NCBI GenBank assembly: GCA_964016885.1
Contig: OZ024745.1
Coordinates: 88,598,001 to 88,662,000, forward strand
Direction: 5' to 3'
DNA length: 64,000 nt
From: Eledone cirrhosa
Taxonomy: Eukaryota
The position numbers were made by a program, and so were the translations under genes. Shown in pieces: positions 12,462 to 26,258 of this stretch. Every line of letters starts with the position of its first letter. Position 1 is the stretch's first letter. The notes beneath the pieces are model-generated. The model was not told the DNA's origin, searched no databases, and saw only the letters and a program-made list of their open reading frames with translations.

Positions 12462-12667
12462 ATATATATATTTGAAAAAAAGGAAAAGAATGATTTCACT
12501 TGAAGTTTTAAAATATTTTTGATTTAATTTTATAGTATTATAATATTTAAAAAAATTATCAAAATTTTGTTTAGACTACGGGTTAAGTTAATCTTTACTT
12601 ATTTTCAAATATACCTAACTATACCAATGGTCTCACACATTTTCCAATATATTTATATATATATATA

Positions 12668-15600
12668 TTGTTATACTTTGAGAGGGTCAAGTTGCCAAAA
12701 AGAAACACACGCACCAGTTGCTTTCATTCCAATTTATTATAAACTAAAAAAAAATTTTAAAAACAATCTTCCCCCAATTTTTTTTTTTAATTTATAAATT
12801 TCCGGTTGGTTGGTTGGTTCCACAACCGGACGCTGGTTCATATTTTGTCAAAGTTCTTTCGTCACACATTCTGTGACATCTTCAGTGGCTGGTATTCTTT
12901 TTTGTTTTGTTTTGTACCTCTCCTTTGTTCTGTCCTACGCCATCTTGTTTTTGTGTGTGTTGTCTGCTTAGTTTGCGCATGTCTTACATCCGGGTGGATG
13001 TCTGTGTTTTTATTTGTTTATTTAGATGTTACTGGTTGGTTGGTTGTTTGTTCTATGTGTGTGTGTTTTCATTTTGTCCATAATTGTAAGTTGGGATGTT
13101 ACTATTCCATTCATGGTTTCTATTTAATTTTGGCTGGAGTTCATTTATGTTTATTGCCTCTGTGATTTGTCTAAACATTGCGTCTTTTCTGTGTGTAGAT
13201 TTTATTTTTATTTCTATGTTCTCTAATTTGTCCTTATGTTCTCTTTTAGCATGTTGGTGGAGTATTGATGATTCTTTTCTAACTTGAAGCCCTCGCCAGT
13301 GTTCATTTAACCGTTCTCCTATACTACGAGCTGTCTCCCCTATGTACACTATATTCTTATTTTTACATTATCCTACAGTACATAATATGCTATATACTAT
13401 GTTTCTAGTTTTACAGTTAATATGGGGGCTTAGTTTACAGATTATGCACTTCTTATCTATACAGGGAGGTCTTTGAAAAGGGTATGTATTACTAATAAGT
13501 GTTTTTCTGGAGGTACCTGGTCTTTCTTCTATCTTATTAAGTTTAAGTTTATCTAGGGCCCTTCTACATTTGTAAGCTAATTCACCTCTATGGGTTGTAT
13601 TGATGAACATTACATTCTGGTATTTATTGCTATCATACCATGAGTTTATTCTATTAACCTTATTCCTAGTTCTTACTATTCTGTTCAAAAATTTGATCCT
13701 ATACAAGAGGCAGGTCCCCTTTGTATCATTTACCATGTTTTCCCATTTGGTTCTGGCTCCTCTATATACTCTGATATTATCTCTCTTATTGTAACCAGAG
13801 AACTGCATACGGTGGATGAAGTGTTGTATGTGTCTCTCTAGTTCTTTGGGGTTGCACATGCAGGGCACGTTTCCATCACCCGTACTAAATCCGCAATCAG
13901 TATGTTGATTTTGGTGTGATCCGAAACAACTGAGTTTCGGTGGATCAGATATTTGGAAGTATGGGTTTGGCATAATGGAAATGGGGGATTTGTTTTTTTG
14001 TTATTAATAGTTTCTAACCTGAGCTCTGTGTCTAGTACAGGTAATCGATGCTTGGGGTACTTGCTTGGGTAGTCTATAGTAACTCTAATACTCTGGTGGA
14101 TGGAGTTAGCTATTTGCTTGATGCTTTCCATGGTGTTTGTCCCTAATTCCTGACTGTTCTCTAGTTGGGGCGTTTTTACTACGATGTTTATATCATCAAC
14201 GTAGCGAGAGTACATTATCAGGGTTAAGAGGTTGCTGTCTTCTAATTGTTCTTTAAGTTTATTGTCCCACCATACCATGAATAGGTTAGCTATGTCACCT
14301 GCAATCCTAACACCAATGGCTACTCCCTCCTCTTGGGCATATGCTTTTCCATTAAACTTAAACATATGTTAGTTTTATACTGGCCCCCACCGTTATTTTC
14401 GGAGGTCCTTATGGCTCTGGTCCACCCGTTCCATCTTTCTGTGTGGGTTTTCTTGGCCATTGAGGTAATGGTAGGTGGTCTGCCTCTTGCTGGCCTTGTG
14501 GGGCAGAGGTTGCTAAGGTCATAACTATCTAGATAATCATTACTATAGGTAAGTTTAAGTAGGAGTCCCAGCTCACTGGTATCAATACCACGGAATTCAA
14601 CATTGATCCCATTGATCATTTCTACGCATTTCTCCACAGCAAAATCCACGTCAATGCATGGACATGGGGACACAACATACATACTACCTATTATACAGAC
14701 TGTTACGTCCCTAGATCGGTTATTTTCGCTGATTCTGTTGAGGAGCTCTTGCGTGCTGTCACATATATACGGGGCATTTCAGTGATGGGGCGTATGATCA
14801 GGGAGAGGAAGTAGGAAAGTCTGTAGTTACTAGCAATGTTAGCTCTACAGACTGGCCGTGTTGGTGGTCCTGCGACGGGGTCACTGCTCGTCTTATGGTC
14901 TTTTCAAAGCCCATACAAGGCTGGTACTTCATTGTTCCAGGCAATGGAAGTTGTTGGCAGTCCGTTTATTGGGCTGCATTATGTTTGTCCACATCATCAT
15001 ATGAGCGTTGAGGGTTTTCTCCCTATCCTCATGCTCTTGTGGTGTTACTTCTCTTGTGTTAGTGATGTGGGGTTGCATTGCCTGGATGTATTTTGACAGA
15101 CTGTCAACCGACATTCTCCCAGACTTGTCTGTTGGAAAGCATACAATCTCTTCATTACCTGAGCGCTGCCTGAGCTTACGCAAGCTGTTTGCAGATTTTT
15201 CTCCCAGTTGCTGGGCCTCCATTCTATTTTCCTTCTTGCTATATTGTTCTATAATATTTCTAAGTTTAGATCTAGCGATACTAAATTGTGCTTCTGTTTG
15301 TTCATCGACCTGCGACGGCATTTGCGTGCGTTTGTTAAAAGCAAAAATCGTGGGGTGGACTCGTCGTAGGTCGATGATATATCGGAAGGATTATAAAAAG
15401 TAGAATTCCAGGCTGCTGCTTTATGTGTACTATTGCTGTTGTTATTGTTAGTTGTGTTGTTTTTATTTCTATTTCCACCAGCAGCCTCATGGTTGTTTCT
15501 ATGTCTCTCATTATTACTCCTGTCGCTTTCCTCTGGCTCATTGTTATTATCTACTCTATTTTGTGTGTCTGTGTTATTTTCTCTGTCAGTATCGATAGTC

Positions 15601-15860
15601 TCCCTTCTTCTTTTAATCCCATTACCTTCCCTTACTTCTGTGTTACTGTCATTATCTGTTTTCTGTGTCTGTGTGTCTGTTAAGATTGTGGTGGTGGTGA
15701 GACGCATACGAGGTGTGTGTGTTATTGTTGTTGTTGTGTATTGTTGTTGATGTATGTTGTTGTTGTTGTTGTCGTATCCCTGTATGCTGTTATTATTGTT
15801 GTGTGCGTTGTTGTCGTTATTGTTGTTTGTGTCTGTGTGTCTGTTGTTGTCTCTGAGTCT
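12668..15860 (-). pseudogene. Near full-length decayed Penelope-like element (RT + C-terminal GIY-YIG)
   Basis: CFPTDKSGRMSV (DKG-like), QEEGVAIG..AGDIANLFM, YSRYVDD, LPVLD, CIICK...CKTRNIVYSILC, YIGETARSIGERLNEH...RQITEAINI...LNR; multiple frameshifts and stops; HHR at 12847-12889. Confidence 0.92.
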
Positions 15861-15869
15861 GTGATACAA

Positions 15870-16739
15870 TGTATAGATGTATAGATGTATAGATAAGAAA
15901 TGCATAATCTGTAAACTAAGGCCCCATATTACTGTAAAACTAGAAACATGGTATATAGCATAAGATTTACATAAGATGTACTGAGATAAGTATATAGTGT
16001 ACATAGGTGAGACAGCTAGTAGTATAGGAGAACGGTTAAATGAAAACTGGCGAGAGCTTTAAGATAGAAAAGCATCATCAATACTCCACCAACATGCTAA
16101 AATAGAACATAAGGGCAAATTAGAGAACATGGAAATAAAAATAGAATCTACACACAGAAAAGACGCAATGTTTAGACAAATCACAGAGGCTATAAACATA
16201 ATTGAACTCCAACCAAAATTAAATAGAAAATATGAATGGAATAGCAACATCACAACTTGCAATTAAGGACAAAATGAAAAGACACACGTAGAACAAACAA
16301 TCAACCAGTAACATGTAAATAAACAAATAAATAAACAAATAAAATCTCACACACACACCCGGATGTAACACATGCGCAAACTAAGCACACAACACACACA
16401 CACAAAAACAAGATGGCGTAGGACAGAACAAAGGAGAGGCAGAAAACAAAGAAAAGAATCCCCAGTCACTGAAGAGGTTACATAATGTGTGACGAAAGAA
16501 CTTTGACAAATATATGAACGACCGTCCGGTTGTGGACCCAACCAACCAAAAGGAAATTTTTAAATAAAAAAATAAAAACATTTTAAAAGATTTTTTTGAA
16601 TGTTTTTTATTTATTTATAATAAATTGGAGTGAAACCAAGTGGTGCATGTGTTTTTTCATTGGCAACATGACCCTCCCAAAGTATCGGTTTCAACACACG
16701 GTTTCAGATAAAGTATCTTGCTAAACAAATTCAAAACCG

Positions 16740-16742
<3 letters not shown>
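15870..16742 (+). mobile_element. Inverted copy of the same element's 3' end (GIY-YIG + pLTR + tail), HHR at 16465-16507
   Basis: Reverse-complement homology to 12668-13460; junction has a triplicated tgtataga; gtca-CTGAAGA-g-stem II-GAAAG-aa-CTT-tgac. Confidence 0.9.
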
Positions 16743-16779
<37 letters not shown>

Positions 16780-16789
16780 GTTTGTATAT

Positions 16790-17124
16790 GTATAATTAAG
16801 CCAAAACAATGCAGGTATGGACATAGAATAAAGAATGCAAATGCAAAAGATATTGTTAACAATTAGTCTTTTACCTTAGATTTATTTAAATGTCCTTAAT
16901 TTTCGAGATATTATCTCTTCTTCAGAGGGAAGTAAAGCTGTTAATCCAGTGTTCTAAATAGCTTTCCAAGAAATGCTGACAGGAAATGGTATAGAGTATC
17001 TGTTCTATCTCTAATGTCAAAGAGTTAAGATTAGGTGGATAAAGAGTAGTCTCCCTTTAAAAGGTTTTTTGGGGGGGTTTTGTGTACATGCCTGTTTAAG
17101 TGTGTGGGAGAATGCATGAAGGTG

Positions 17125-17126
<2 letters not shown>
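16790..17126 (-). mobile_element. PLE-type 3' terminus with minimal HHR (16894-16928)
   Basis: cct-CTGAAGA-a-gagat-aat-atctc-GAAAATTA-agg followed by aataaa; flanked by (TA)n. Confidence 0.75.
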
Positions 17127-17198
<72 letters not shown>

Positions 17199-17257
17199 CA
17201 GGAAAGAAGGTTTACATGGTTTGCTATACAAAAAAGTTTTTAATCACATAGCTTTTA

Positions 17258-17383
<126 letters not shown>

Positions 17384-18487
17384 GAGAGAAAGAGCAAGAG
17401 AAAGATCAAAAGAGTGTGTCCAAAAGACAGAGGTAGACAGATCGATATAAGGAAAGAGAAGGGTATCAAGATAGCGAATGAGAGGAATTGATACTACGTA
17501 CATACACACACAGACACACACACACTGACGCCCACACACATACACACACACACCTATACACACACGTGCACACACACACATACACACACAGTGTAGGAAG
17601 AAAAAGCGAGAGATAAAGAGAAAGAGTGTGCTAGAAAAAGAGATAAGTAGAGAGAGGGGGATAGACAAAGAGAGAAGAGAGAGTGAGACAAACTGTACCA
17701 GAGAAAGAGAGAAGGAGAGATATAGATAGAGAAAATCTGAGACGGAGAAACGGAGAAGGAGGAGAGAGAAAGAGTGTGCTAGAGAAAGAGAGAACGAGAG
17801 ATGGAGAAATAGTATGCTAGAGAAAGAGAGATGTAGAGAGAGAAAGTGCAATAGAGAAAGAGATAAGTAGAGAGAGAGAGAGAGAAAGAATGCGGTAGAG
17901 AAAGAGGTAACTAGAGAGGTAGCTGTAGGGATATGAAGATAGGTCAAATAAAAGGGATTAGATAAAATCTAGGTAGTGCCATAAACTAGATCCAATCCTT
18001 ACTGCATGCTAACGTTTTTGTTTTTAAGTTATTTGAATTTCAGAGTTGTTTCCCTTGCCTTTCTTGACAAGATTTACCATTAACACTAATATTTCTCTAG
18101 GAGGTTTCATGAATGTTTTTCTAAGAGAACGTTTTTTCCTTCAAGACCTTCGTATTACAGATGATAACAGCTTCAGCTTCAGTATACGTGCTAATACAGG
18201 CATATATATAAACTACATACACACTCAGTCACTCACGGACACATGCACATGCACATGCACATGCACAAACACACAACACATACATACATATACATATATA
18301 TATATATATACATATATATATACACAAAACTACATACACACTCGGGCCACTCACAGACACATGCACATACACAAACACACAACATATACATATATATATA
18401 TATATACAAAACTACATACACACCCACCTACTCACAGGCACATGCACGTACACAAACACACATCACATATATATATATATATACAAA

Positions 18488-18718
18488 AGGGCTAACTGAA
18501 TACGTGCGTGTGTTTTCGTTTCCTCATTTTTCTCCCACTTCTTTCCTCTTCTCACACTTTATCTTTCTATTTTATCTTCTATTTTTAACTCTATCTTCTA
18601 ATGAAAGACAATTGTCCGAAACGTTAAGGCATTTTTCCAGCTATTTCAAACGTGAAGCTAATAAATACATTTCTTCAATGTACTGTGTCGCTTGATTTGT
18701 TATTTCTGTTTACTTTTA
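18488..18718 (+). mobile_element. PLE-type 3' terminus with decayed HHR (18595-18628)
   Basis: ctt-CTAATGA-aagacaattgtcc-GAAACGTT-aag (G5 mutated), then aataaa. Confidence 0.65.
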
Positions 18719-18948
18719 CACACACACACACAGAGACTGACCCCTCCCGCCAACACACACATACATATTAAGTTAAAGATAATTCATTCAAAACAAAAAG
18801 GAACAAAATGAACCGGGCTTTGCATGAGCGCATCTATGTATATACTTTCGTGTGTATGCATGTATATGTCTACATGTGTATATACGTATACTTGCATGTA
18901 CATATGTATATATACATGTATATTTGTAATATCATTGATTTATATTAA

Positions 18949-19837
18949 CTATATATATAAAACTGAGGATGTCTGTCTGTGTGTGTGTGAGTTTGAATCC
19001 CTAAAACTCGAGAACCACCCAACCAACTGTTTTCAAACTTTACACATGTAATACTTATGTTTCAGGGAGTGTTCTGAATGTCCTAGGGACCGCATTAGGC
19101 GATTTAGCGCTCTCTCTGTATAATTCTTAGTCTTTCTCGTTTTAGATAGATACATACATATAACGTGGCGCCCTTATAATATCTGTCTGTATGTCTGACT
19201 GTCTGCATTACGTAACTTCCCTGAGGATGTCTGGCTGTGTGTGTGTGTCTGTGAGTTTGAATCCCTAAAACTCGAGAAATACGAAACCGACGTTTTTCAA
19301 ACTTTACATGTGTATTACTTATACTTCAGGGAGTGTTATGCACATAAACATATTCAACTTTTTGATCCCCTAGGACACGCGTTAGCTGAAAAACTGCGTT
19401 TTTTCAAGTATTTTGGGTTGTTTTTAGTTGTTAAGTCAGTCTGATATCCTTGAAATTGTAACTATTTATTAGTCAGTCTCTTGTTCATACCGCGAGCAAA
19501 GAAAATCAAACTTTTGAAAATCCAACGCATTAGGTGAAAAACTTCATTTTTTCAGCTTTTTTGAGCTTTTTTAAGGCGTTACGTTTAGCTGATTTTTCCG
19601 AAATTTCAAGGCATATTATGCACATTAAAAAAATTCCTTTTCTTGATCGCCTATTAGGTGAAAACCTGCATTTTCCCTGCTTCATCGAAGAAAATCTTAA
19701 AGATAAATCCAGCCATCAGAGTATTCGGTTTATTTTCTTTACATATTGTCCACGCATCCAGTTTTTCCACGATTAGGTCTGTTGGTCGCCCGCGTTGCAA
19801 AATACATTATCCAGTGCAACGCCGGATACCACTGCTA

Positions 19838-19838
<1 letters not shown>
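18949..19838 (+). mobile_element. Non-autonomous Helitron
   Basis: Starts ctatatatataaaactgag; ends in hairpin tatccagtgcaacgccggata followed by CTAG|T; 5' segment internally duplicated (18963-19075 / 19222-19338). Confidence 0.85.
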
Positions 19839-19908
<70 letters not shown>

Positions 19909-19959
19909 TGAATATTTCTACAAAGAACATACCCGTACCTAGCAGGAAGATATACCTAA

Positions 19960-22660
19960 AACTCCTGATACAGAAAACGGACTTGTTCATTAAAAGGTTG
20001 CGTTGGCGTGCCTTTTATTTCGATAATCAGGTAAAAGCGGAAAATAAATAGGATAAATTCTGGTTTAAAACTGATAATAACCCTGCGAGTAACCCAGCAT
20101 TGCTACCCTTCGAAAACGATGGCTTGGAACTCATATGGAGTATCACATTTCGGAACAGGAGCAATTCCTTCCAGCTGAAGAATAGAATTTGTTCTATTAA
20201 GTATTCTAATGCCATGCACGTCCACTCCGACAAAAATGGCAATCTATATCAAGTGGAGCGCAGTACTTACCATCAACTGCTATATAATGCTGCAACTAAG
20301 GATTACCGGGAAACTAATCGTTAATGACATCAACGATGCTGGGTTGAATATCACCTCTGAATTCAACATCCAGGACCGGACTGAACCTCTGGACCCTATT
20401 TCTCCCCACTTTTACCCTAAAGGATCACAAACACAATTTCGCCAACAACCTCTCTATTCGGCTTATTAACCTACGAAGTCCGATTTAGGTAGACTTAGTA
20501 AAGGATTTTAAATAGAATTATACCTGAAATTAGAAGCTTGGCCTCTCTTGCACTGTAGAAAAATTCTTTCGCGGTGATTGATTGGTTCAATGGCATATGC
20601 AACAAGGACATCAATAATTACTACTCTTTTCGACATCAATAATTACTACTCTTCCATTATTTTACCACTTCTTCTTAGAGCTATCAATTTGGCTAAAACG
20701 CTCACCGTGGTTAAGGATTTCGAAGTTGATGTCATCCCCAATGCCCGTAAGTCGGTGATTAATTTCGACGACTCTGTTTGGATAAAAAAATGTAATAGTA
20801 CCCTATTCGACGTAAATGTGGGCGCCAGCGATTCCGCGGAGATTACAGTTCTTATCGGCCTTTTCCTTCTTTTCTCTATCGAGGAAGAATTCTCCAATGT
20901 GGGCGGTAGTCTGTACCGTGATGACGGTCCTTTGACCATGACAAAGTGCGGTCCACGGGCTTGTGACAAGTTCAGAAAAGAACTCACAGCCTTCTTTAAA
21001 GGCTTCAACCTCTCGATACAGGTTGAGGCTAACCTTTCGGTCGTTAATTACCTCAACGTTACCCTCAATTTGTCGAAGGGCTTGCACTAGCCGTATAAAA
21101 AGCCGAATGACACGCTTAATTACATAAGTAAGCATTCTAACCATTCTGCCAGTATAACCAAGAACCTGGTAAGAAACGTTTGTTTGAGGCTTACTCATCT
21201 ATCTACAAATGAGCATATTTTCACCGACCATTCCACATATTACAATCAAGCCCTTGCTCGGAGTGGATTTGTCGATAAGCTAGCATATACTAAGTATGAG
21301 CATAGACCAAGGAAACATAGATGCCGACGCATTATATGGTATAACCCACCATATAATATGGAGGTGGCCACACCATTAGCTAAGATCTTTCTCTCCCTTA
21401 TTAAGAAGCATTTCCCCTCAGTACATAAATATAATAACATTTTTAGTAGAAATACCATTAAGATTTCTTACTCTACAACTCATAACTTTACACATAACAC
21501 CACTGCTTCAAATTTAGCTAAATTACCTAGCCGTAGGAACGCGTGCAACTCTGTAGCTAGTACTAACTTTAATTGTAGGAATCGGGTTGACTGCCCCCTA
21601 TCCGGGAAATGCCTCTCCAGTAACATTGTCTACAAATGTAAGGTCAAAACACCCACGTCTCGTAGGGCCTACATAGGGTTAACCGCCAATAGATTCAAGC
21701 AGCGTCTTTACATGCACACCCATTCTTTCTTAACTCTTTAAGAAGGATTATGACGTCACTTTCAGCTTATATCTGGAGTCTAAAAGACAACCACACGCAA
21801 TATAGGTTACACTGGGGGATCCTAGCTAAAGCTAGATCGTATAACGGAAATAACAGACCAGGCGATCTTTGCGCCGCTGAAGCCCTGGAAATACTCTACG
21901 CCAATGACCACATCTTAAACAAAAACCCTCAGGCAATTTCGGCTTGTAAACACAAATTGCATAAAACTTTCCTGTATTACAGCACCACATTATACCCTAA
22001 CGGATTGTACAAAGAATACGTGGATAATTTATGTCTTGATGTGGCAGCTAATTATATTTTATGTTTATACCATTACTTATTTGTATAGGTAAGTATATCT
22101 TACCCGTATGTTTTGTGAAGGTACGTATATTTTCTCATACTTACATATGCTTAGAAAGACCCATCATAGACGGAAAAATGTGGTCTGTTATATATATATA
22201 TATATTTTCCTTTTTTTCCCTTTTTTCTTCTTTTTATCCATTTTTCTTTTTTTTTTTTCGAGGTGTATATATTATATTATATTATATATACTGGTACATG
22301 TGTATATGGTTATGTGTATATGTGTATTTTGTGTTTGTGTGAGTAATTGTCTATGCGTGTTTGCACGTATGTAAGGTGTGTATATGTGTACATTGTGTTT
22401 TGATTGGCGTACGTTTGGTTAACATATGTGTATTTACCTGTTCTCCACGATCCACATAATGACGTATTATCTTCGCTTTTTTTCGTTCATTGCCAGGGAA
22501 CATCTCCACGAACCAAAGTATCGTCTTCCTGTTTTCCTTCGGTTGCAACGTTTTTCGAAATATTTACTTCTTCGTTCACAGATTGATTTTTTTTAGTTTC
22601 AGAAAATCCCGTTAAGGGTGAAAGCAGCGACTCTTAAACTTTAATCTGTTATTTTAATAT
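19960..22660 (+). pseudogene. Near full-length decayed Penelope-like element
   Basis: HSDKNGNLY, FDINNYYSSI, FDVNVGASDSAEIT, LYRDDG, IIWYNPPY, NCRNRVDCPLSGKCLSSNIVYKC..AYIGLTANRFKQR, DLCAAEALEI; microsatellite-like 3' region; decayed HHR at 22596-22639. Confidence 0.92.
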
Positions 22661-22683
22661 ATATATATATATACATATATATA

Positions 22684-22737
<54 letters not shown>

Positions 22738-22743
<6 letters not shown>

Positions 22744-22843
22744 GTCTTGCTCAAGGACATAACGCATCGCCTGGTCCAGGAATTGAACTCACAACCTCAA
22801 GACTGTGAATCCAATTCTCTAACCACTCAGTCACACGCCTTCA
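22738..22843 (-). mobile_element. tRNA-derived SINE head (family S2)
   Basis: gaaggcgtgtgactgagtggttagag (A box), gagttcaattcc (B box), tgtccttgagcaagacac. Confidence 0.8.
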
Positions 22844-22887
22844 CTATATATATATATACACACACACATACACACACATATATATAT

Positions 22888-22998
22888 GTTGCTCCTTCTA
22901 CCTGGAGTTGCGACCGATAGATAGTATTAGCAACTGGAAAGACCAATGGAAACATTGTTCCCTCGGTCCGATTTGACGAAAGTCGATCGATCCTTTAT
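22888..22998 (+). mobile_element. SINE S2 3' half, opposite orientation to the adjacent head
   Basis: Reverse complement of 42024-42135. Confidence 0.75.
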
Positions 22999-23230
22999 TA
23001 TATATATATGGGAAAAAGATGAAATCGAAAATGCAACTGGAGTCTTTTTAAGAATATTTATTTGGTTCCTATACCGGTTCCACAGTTCTTATGATTTTCA
23101 AAAGTAGCATTCAGATGGAGGTCTTCTGGTTTGTCGCGACAGATGCGAGAAAAACCACAAAACCTCCTTATACTTATACCCGTGTAGGACATCTCGTTTC
23201 CTTTTCATTTCGGAAAAAAAACTTCATTTT

Positions 23231-23425
<195 letters not shown>

Positions 23426-23498
23426 GGTGTTGGATGCTTAAAGCGTCCGTATGGCGTAGGCCGTTTGAGCACTCGATGCTGTCACAGAACAGAACATG

Positions 23499-23707
23499 AT
23501 ATAAAAAAAAAGAGAATCAGTGTTGCGACGAATGGAATTTATTGGACATATTACAATCGTTTCTCTGGCGACCAGCTCGAGGCACGATCGATTTCAGAGT
23601 CAGGTTCGATCATCACGTCGGTCGTGTGTCTCGAGCTGGTCACCAGAGAAACATATGTAATATGTCCTATAAATTCCATTCGTCGCAAAACTAATTCTCT
23701 TTTTTTT

Positions 23708-23710
<3 letters not shown>
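23499..23710. repeat. Fold-back element, about 90-bp arms, half-hammerhead arms (family G)
   Basis: 23499-23591 pairs with 23618-23710; right arm carries GAAACA-ta-TGTA; related to 43860-44050. Confidence 0.85.
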
Positions 23711-23800
<90 letters not shown>

Positions 23801-23802
<2 letters not shown>

Positions 23803-24018
23803 CGAAGGAAATGTGGTAAGGAACCAGGTGGACCATAACGCACCAAAGTACTCGATACTTGATGTAGTAGAGTGGGTAATAGGAACCAGTAAGACCCCGA
23901 CAGCTGAGCTCAAGCCGTTTCGACGGCTAATTCTGGACTAAAATTAGTCCAGACATTTAGTCCAGAATTAGCCGTCGAAACGGCTTGAGCTCAGCTGTCG
24001 GGGTCTTACTGGTTCCTA
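23801..24018. repeat. Fold-back element, family F
   Basis: Arms 23879-23942 / 23956-24019; long arm extends to 23801; (TA)n on both sides. Confidence 0.92.
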
Positions 24019-24584
24019 TATATATATATATATTCAGTTCTTTCGTTGCTACAGACCACGCGGCTGAATTACCGGTCGCTATCTTAAACTTGCAAACCCC
24101 TTTAAACTGTATGTTATTACTCTGAGTTCTATACCTTGTCGATTACTTCGCTGCACTGCTGAAGGCATTCTTCGGCTTAGCTGCGGCTCGAACTTCGAAT
24201 ATGCTGTACTTTCATTTGTATTACTATCTCCTAGACCTAATGATTAATTGATTAATTTAATTTGACAATTCCATTGAATGGTTAATTATTTATGTTTGTT
24301 TAATTACGGTCTGGTTGAGTGCTTAATTCAGTTTGTGTATGGAAATTTTTCCATTGCTCATAATTTGAACTTGAACGCCGTAACCCGGGGTTACCTCTCT
24401 TTGGCGTAACATGTGCTATCACAACCGGATTTGTGTCAGAACGAAAATCTGTTGGGAAAGTAAGTCCACTGATCGATCTTCCACCAACTTAACTTTTATA
24501 CACGACAAGCGAATTTTGTTGATTTCGGATTTTCAGAAACCTGACTGAGATATTGAATAATTTTGAAGTGATGGTCCAGGTTTG

Positions 24585-24655
<71 letters not shown>

Positions 24656-25073
24656 GTAAAATAAGCAAATTATAATAATTTAGACACTTACTTAAATTTC
24701 ACTCCAACTAATTAGTTTCTGAAAGGGGATATACATACTCTTAGATCTATACCTTGTCGAGTACTTGGCTGCACTGCTGAAGGCATTCGTCGGCTTAGGT
24801 GCGGCTCGAGCTTCGAATATGCTGTACTTTCATGTGTATATATATATATATAAAAACTATTTCTAGCCATGATCCAAAATAATTGGAGTCAGTAGATCGA
24901 ATAAGGGAAATTATTACGACTTGCAATTTAACTCGGTCTTATCCAGCTAACTATAAATTAGAATCTAGCATTCTTCAAATTTAACAATATTCGTTTCTGA
25001 ACTTTTTTTCAATCTTTAGAAAGAAATTCACTACTACTTTCAGTTTCGATTTGATTGGAACAAAACACACACA

Positions 25074-25229
<156 letters not shown>

Positions 25230-25419
25230 ATACACACACACACTCTCTCTCTCTCTTATACACACACTCGCACTCTCTCTCTCACATTAATATTCACACT
25301 GTCAATTTCACAAGCACTCTCACCCTCATTCTCTCTCTCTCACACACACTCACTCACTCTCTCACGTTCACACTCATGGGCAAACGTACATTTATCATTG
25401 AGATTATACAGCTGTTTCA

Positions 25420-25737
25420 AGACGCGTGGCTTTGTGGTTAGAGTATTCGATTCATAATCGTATGGTCGTGAGTTCGATTCTCGCCAGCTGTTGTGTTCTA
25501 GAGCAAGCAAATTTATTTCATCTTGCTCCAGTTCACTAAACAGACAAACATGAGATGTTCCTGTTTTTCGAAGGGATAACCTTGTTACATTCTGTGTCAC
25601 GCTGAATCTCCGTGAAACCTACGTTATGTGTACGCGTGTTTGTGGAATGCTCAACCATTCGTACATTAATTTCACGAGAGGTTGTTCAGTTGATCGCAAC
25701 AACTAGAACACTCGTCGTCGTAACCGACGGAGTGCCT
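25420..25737 (+). mobile_element. tRNA-derived SINE (third family)
   Basis: gcgtggctttgtggttagag (A box), gagttcgattc (B box), tgttctagagcaag; short (CTA)n tail. Confidence 0.75.
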
Positions 25738-26085
25738 CTACTACTACTAAACAATTTTTGCTCTACTTGACACATTGAATAGTACTGATTATTCTGTGAA
25801 TGCACGTGGTTTAGTGGCAAGGGTGTTGGATTCACTACAACTAAATTGTTCAAATTTGGACCCCAGCCATTTCGGAAACGCTTCCACTGACCCTGATATA
25901 TTTATATATATATATATATGCTTTATATATGTATACATATACATAGATATATGCTTTCAAATAGTATATATATATATATACGCGCACGCGCCTGTGTGTG
26001 TAGGTCTCGAGTAAATTCGAGGGTAACCACAGTTTATAAGATACTCATTACATTATTTGAATGTAAACATCATATTTATTATAGA

Positions 26086-26188
26086 AAGGGCCTCTACAGG
26101 AGTAGAGGTATTTAATTCGTAATAAAACATCAGGAATTCCTGATGATTTCATACGAATGAAACAGCTCTAGTGCTGTAAAGGCCTCTT
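26086..26188. repeat. Diverged fold-back centred on GAATTC (26134-26139) with HHR core in the right arm
   Basis: CTGATGA-tttc-atac-gaat-GAA-ACAGC-tctagt-GCTGT-A at 26140-26178; 5' strand of stem I lost at the apex. Confidence 0.75.
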
Positions 26189-26258
26189 ATATATATGTGT
26201 GCGTGTGCGTGTGTTTGTGTTGGTGTTTGTGTTTGTGTTTGTGTGTATATATATAATG

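Noticed and set aside
23055-23122. Minus-strand ggaaccggtatagg as an HHR 3' half
   Set aside because: Both core strands deviate from consensus and stem I is unsupported.
23801-24018. Family F as MITEs or pre-miRNAs
   Set aside because: Arms are asymmetric, apices vary and arms contain half-hammerheads; MITE origin is not excluded but less parsimonious.
25420-25485. tRNA genes suggested by A/B boxes (also 22770-22843, 42180-42249)
   Set aside because: Continue into SINE bodies; no complete cloverleaf evident.
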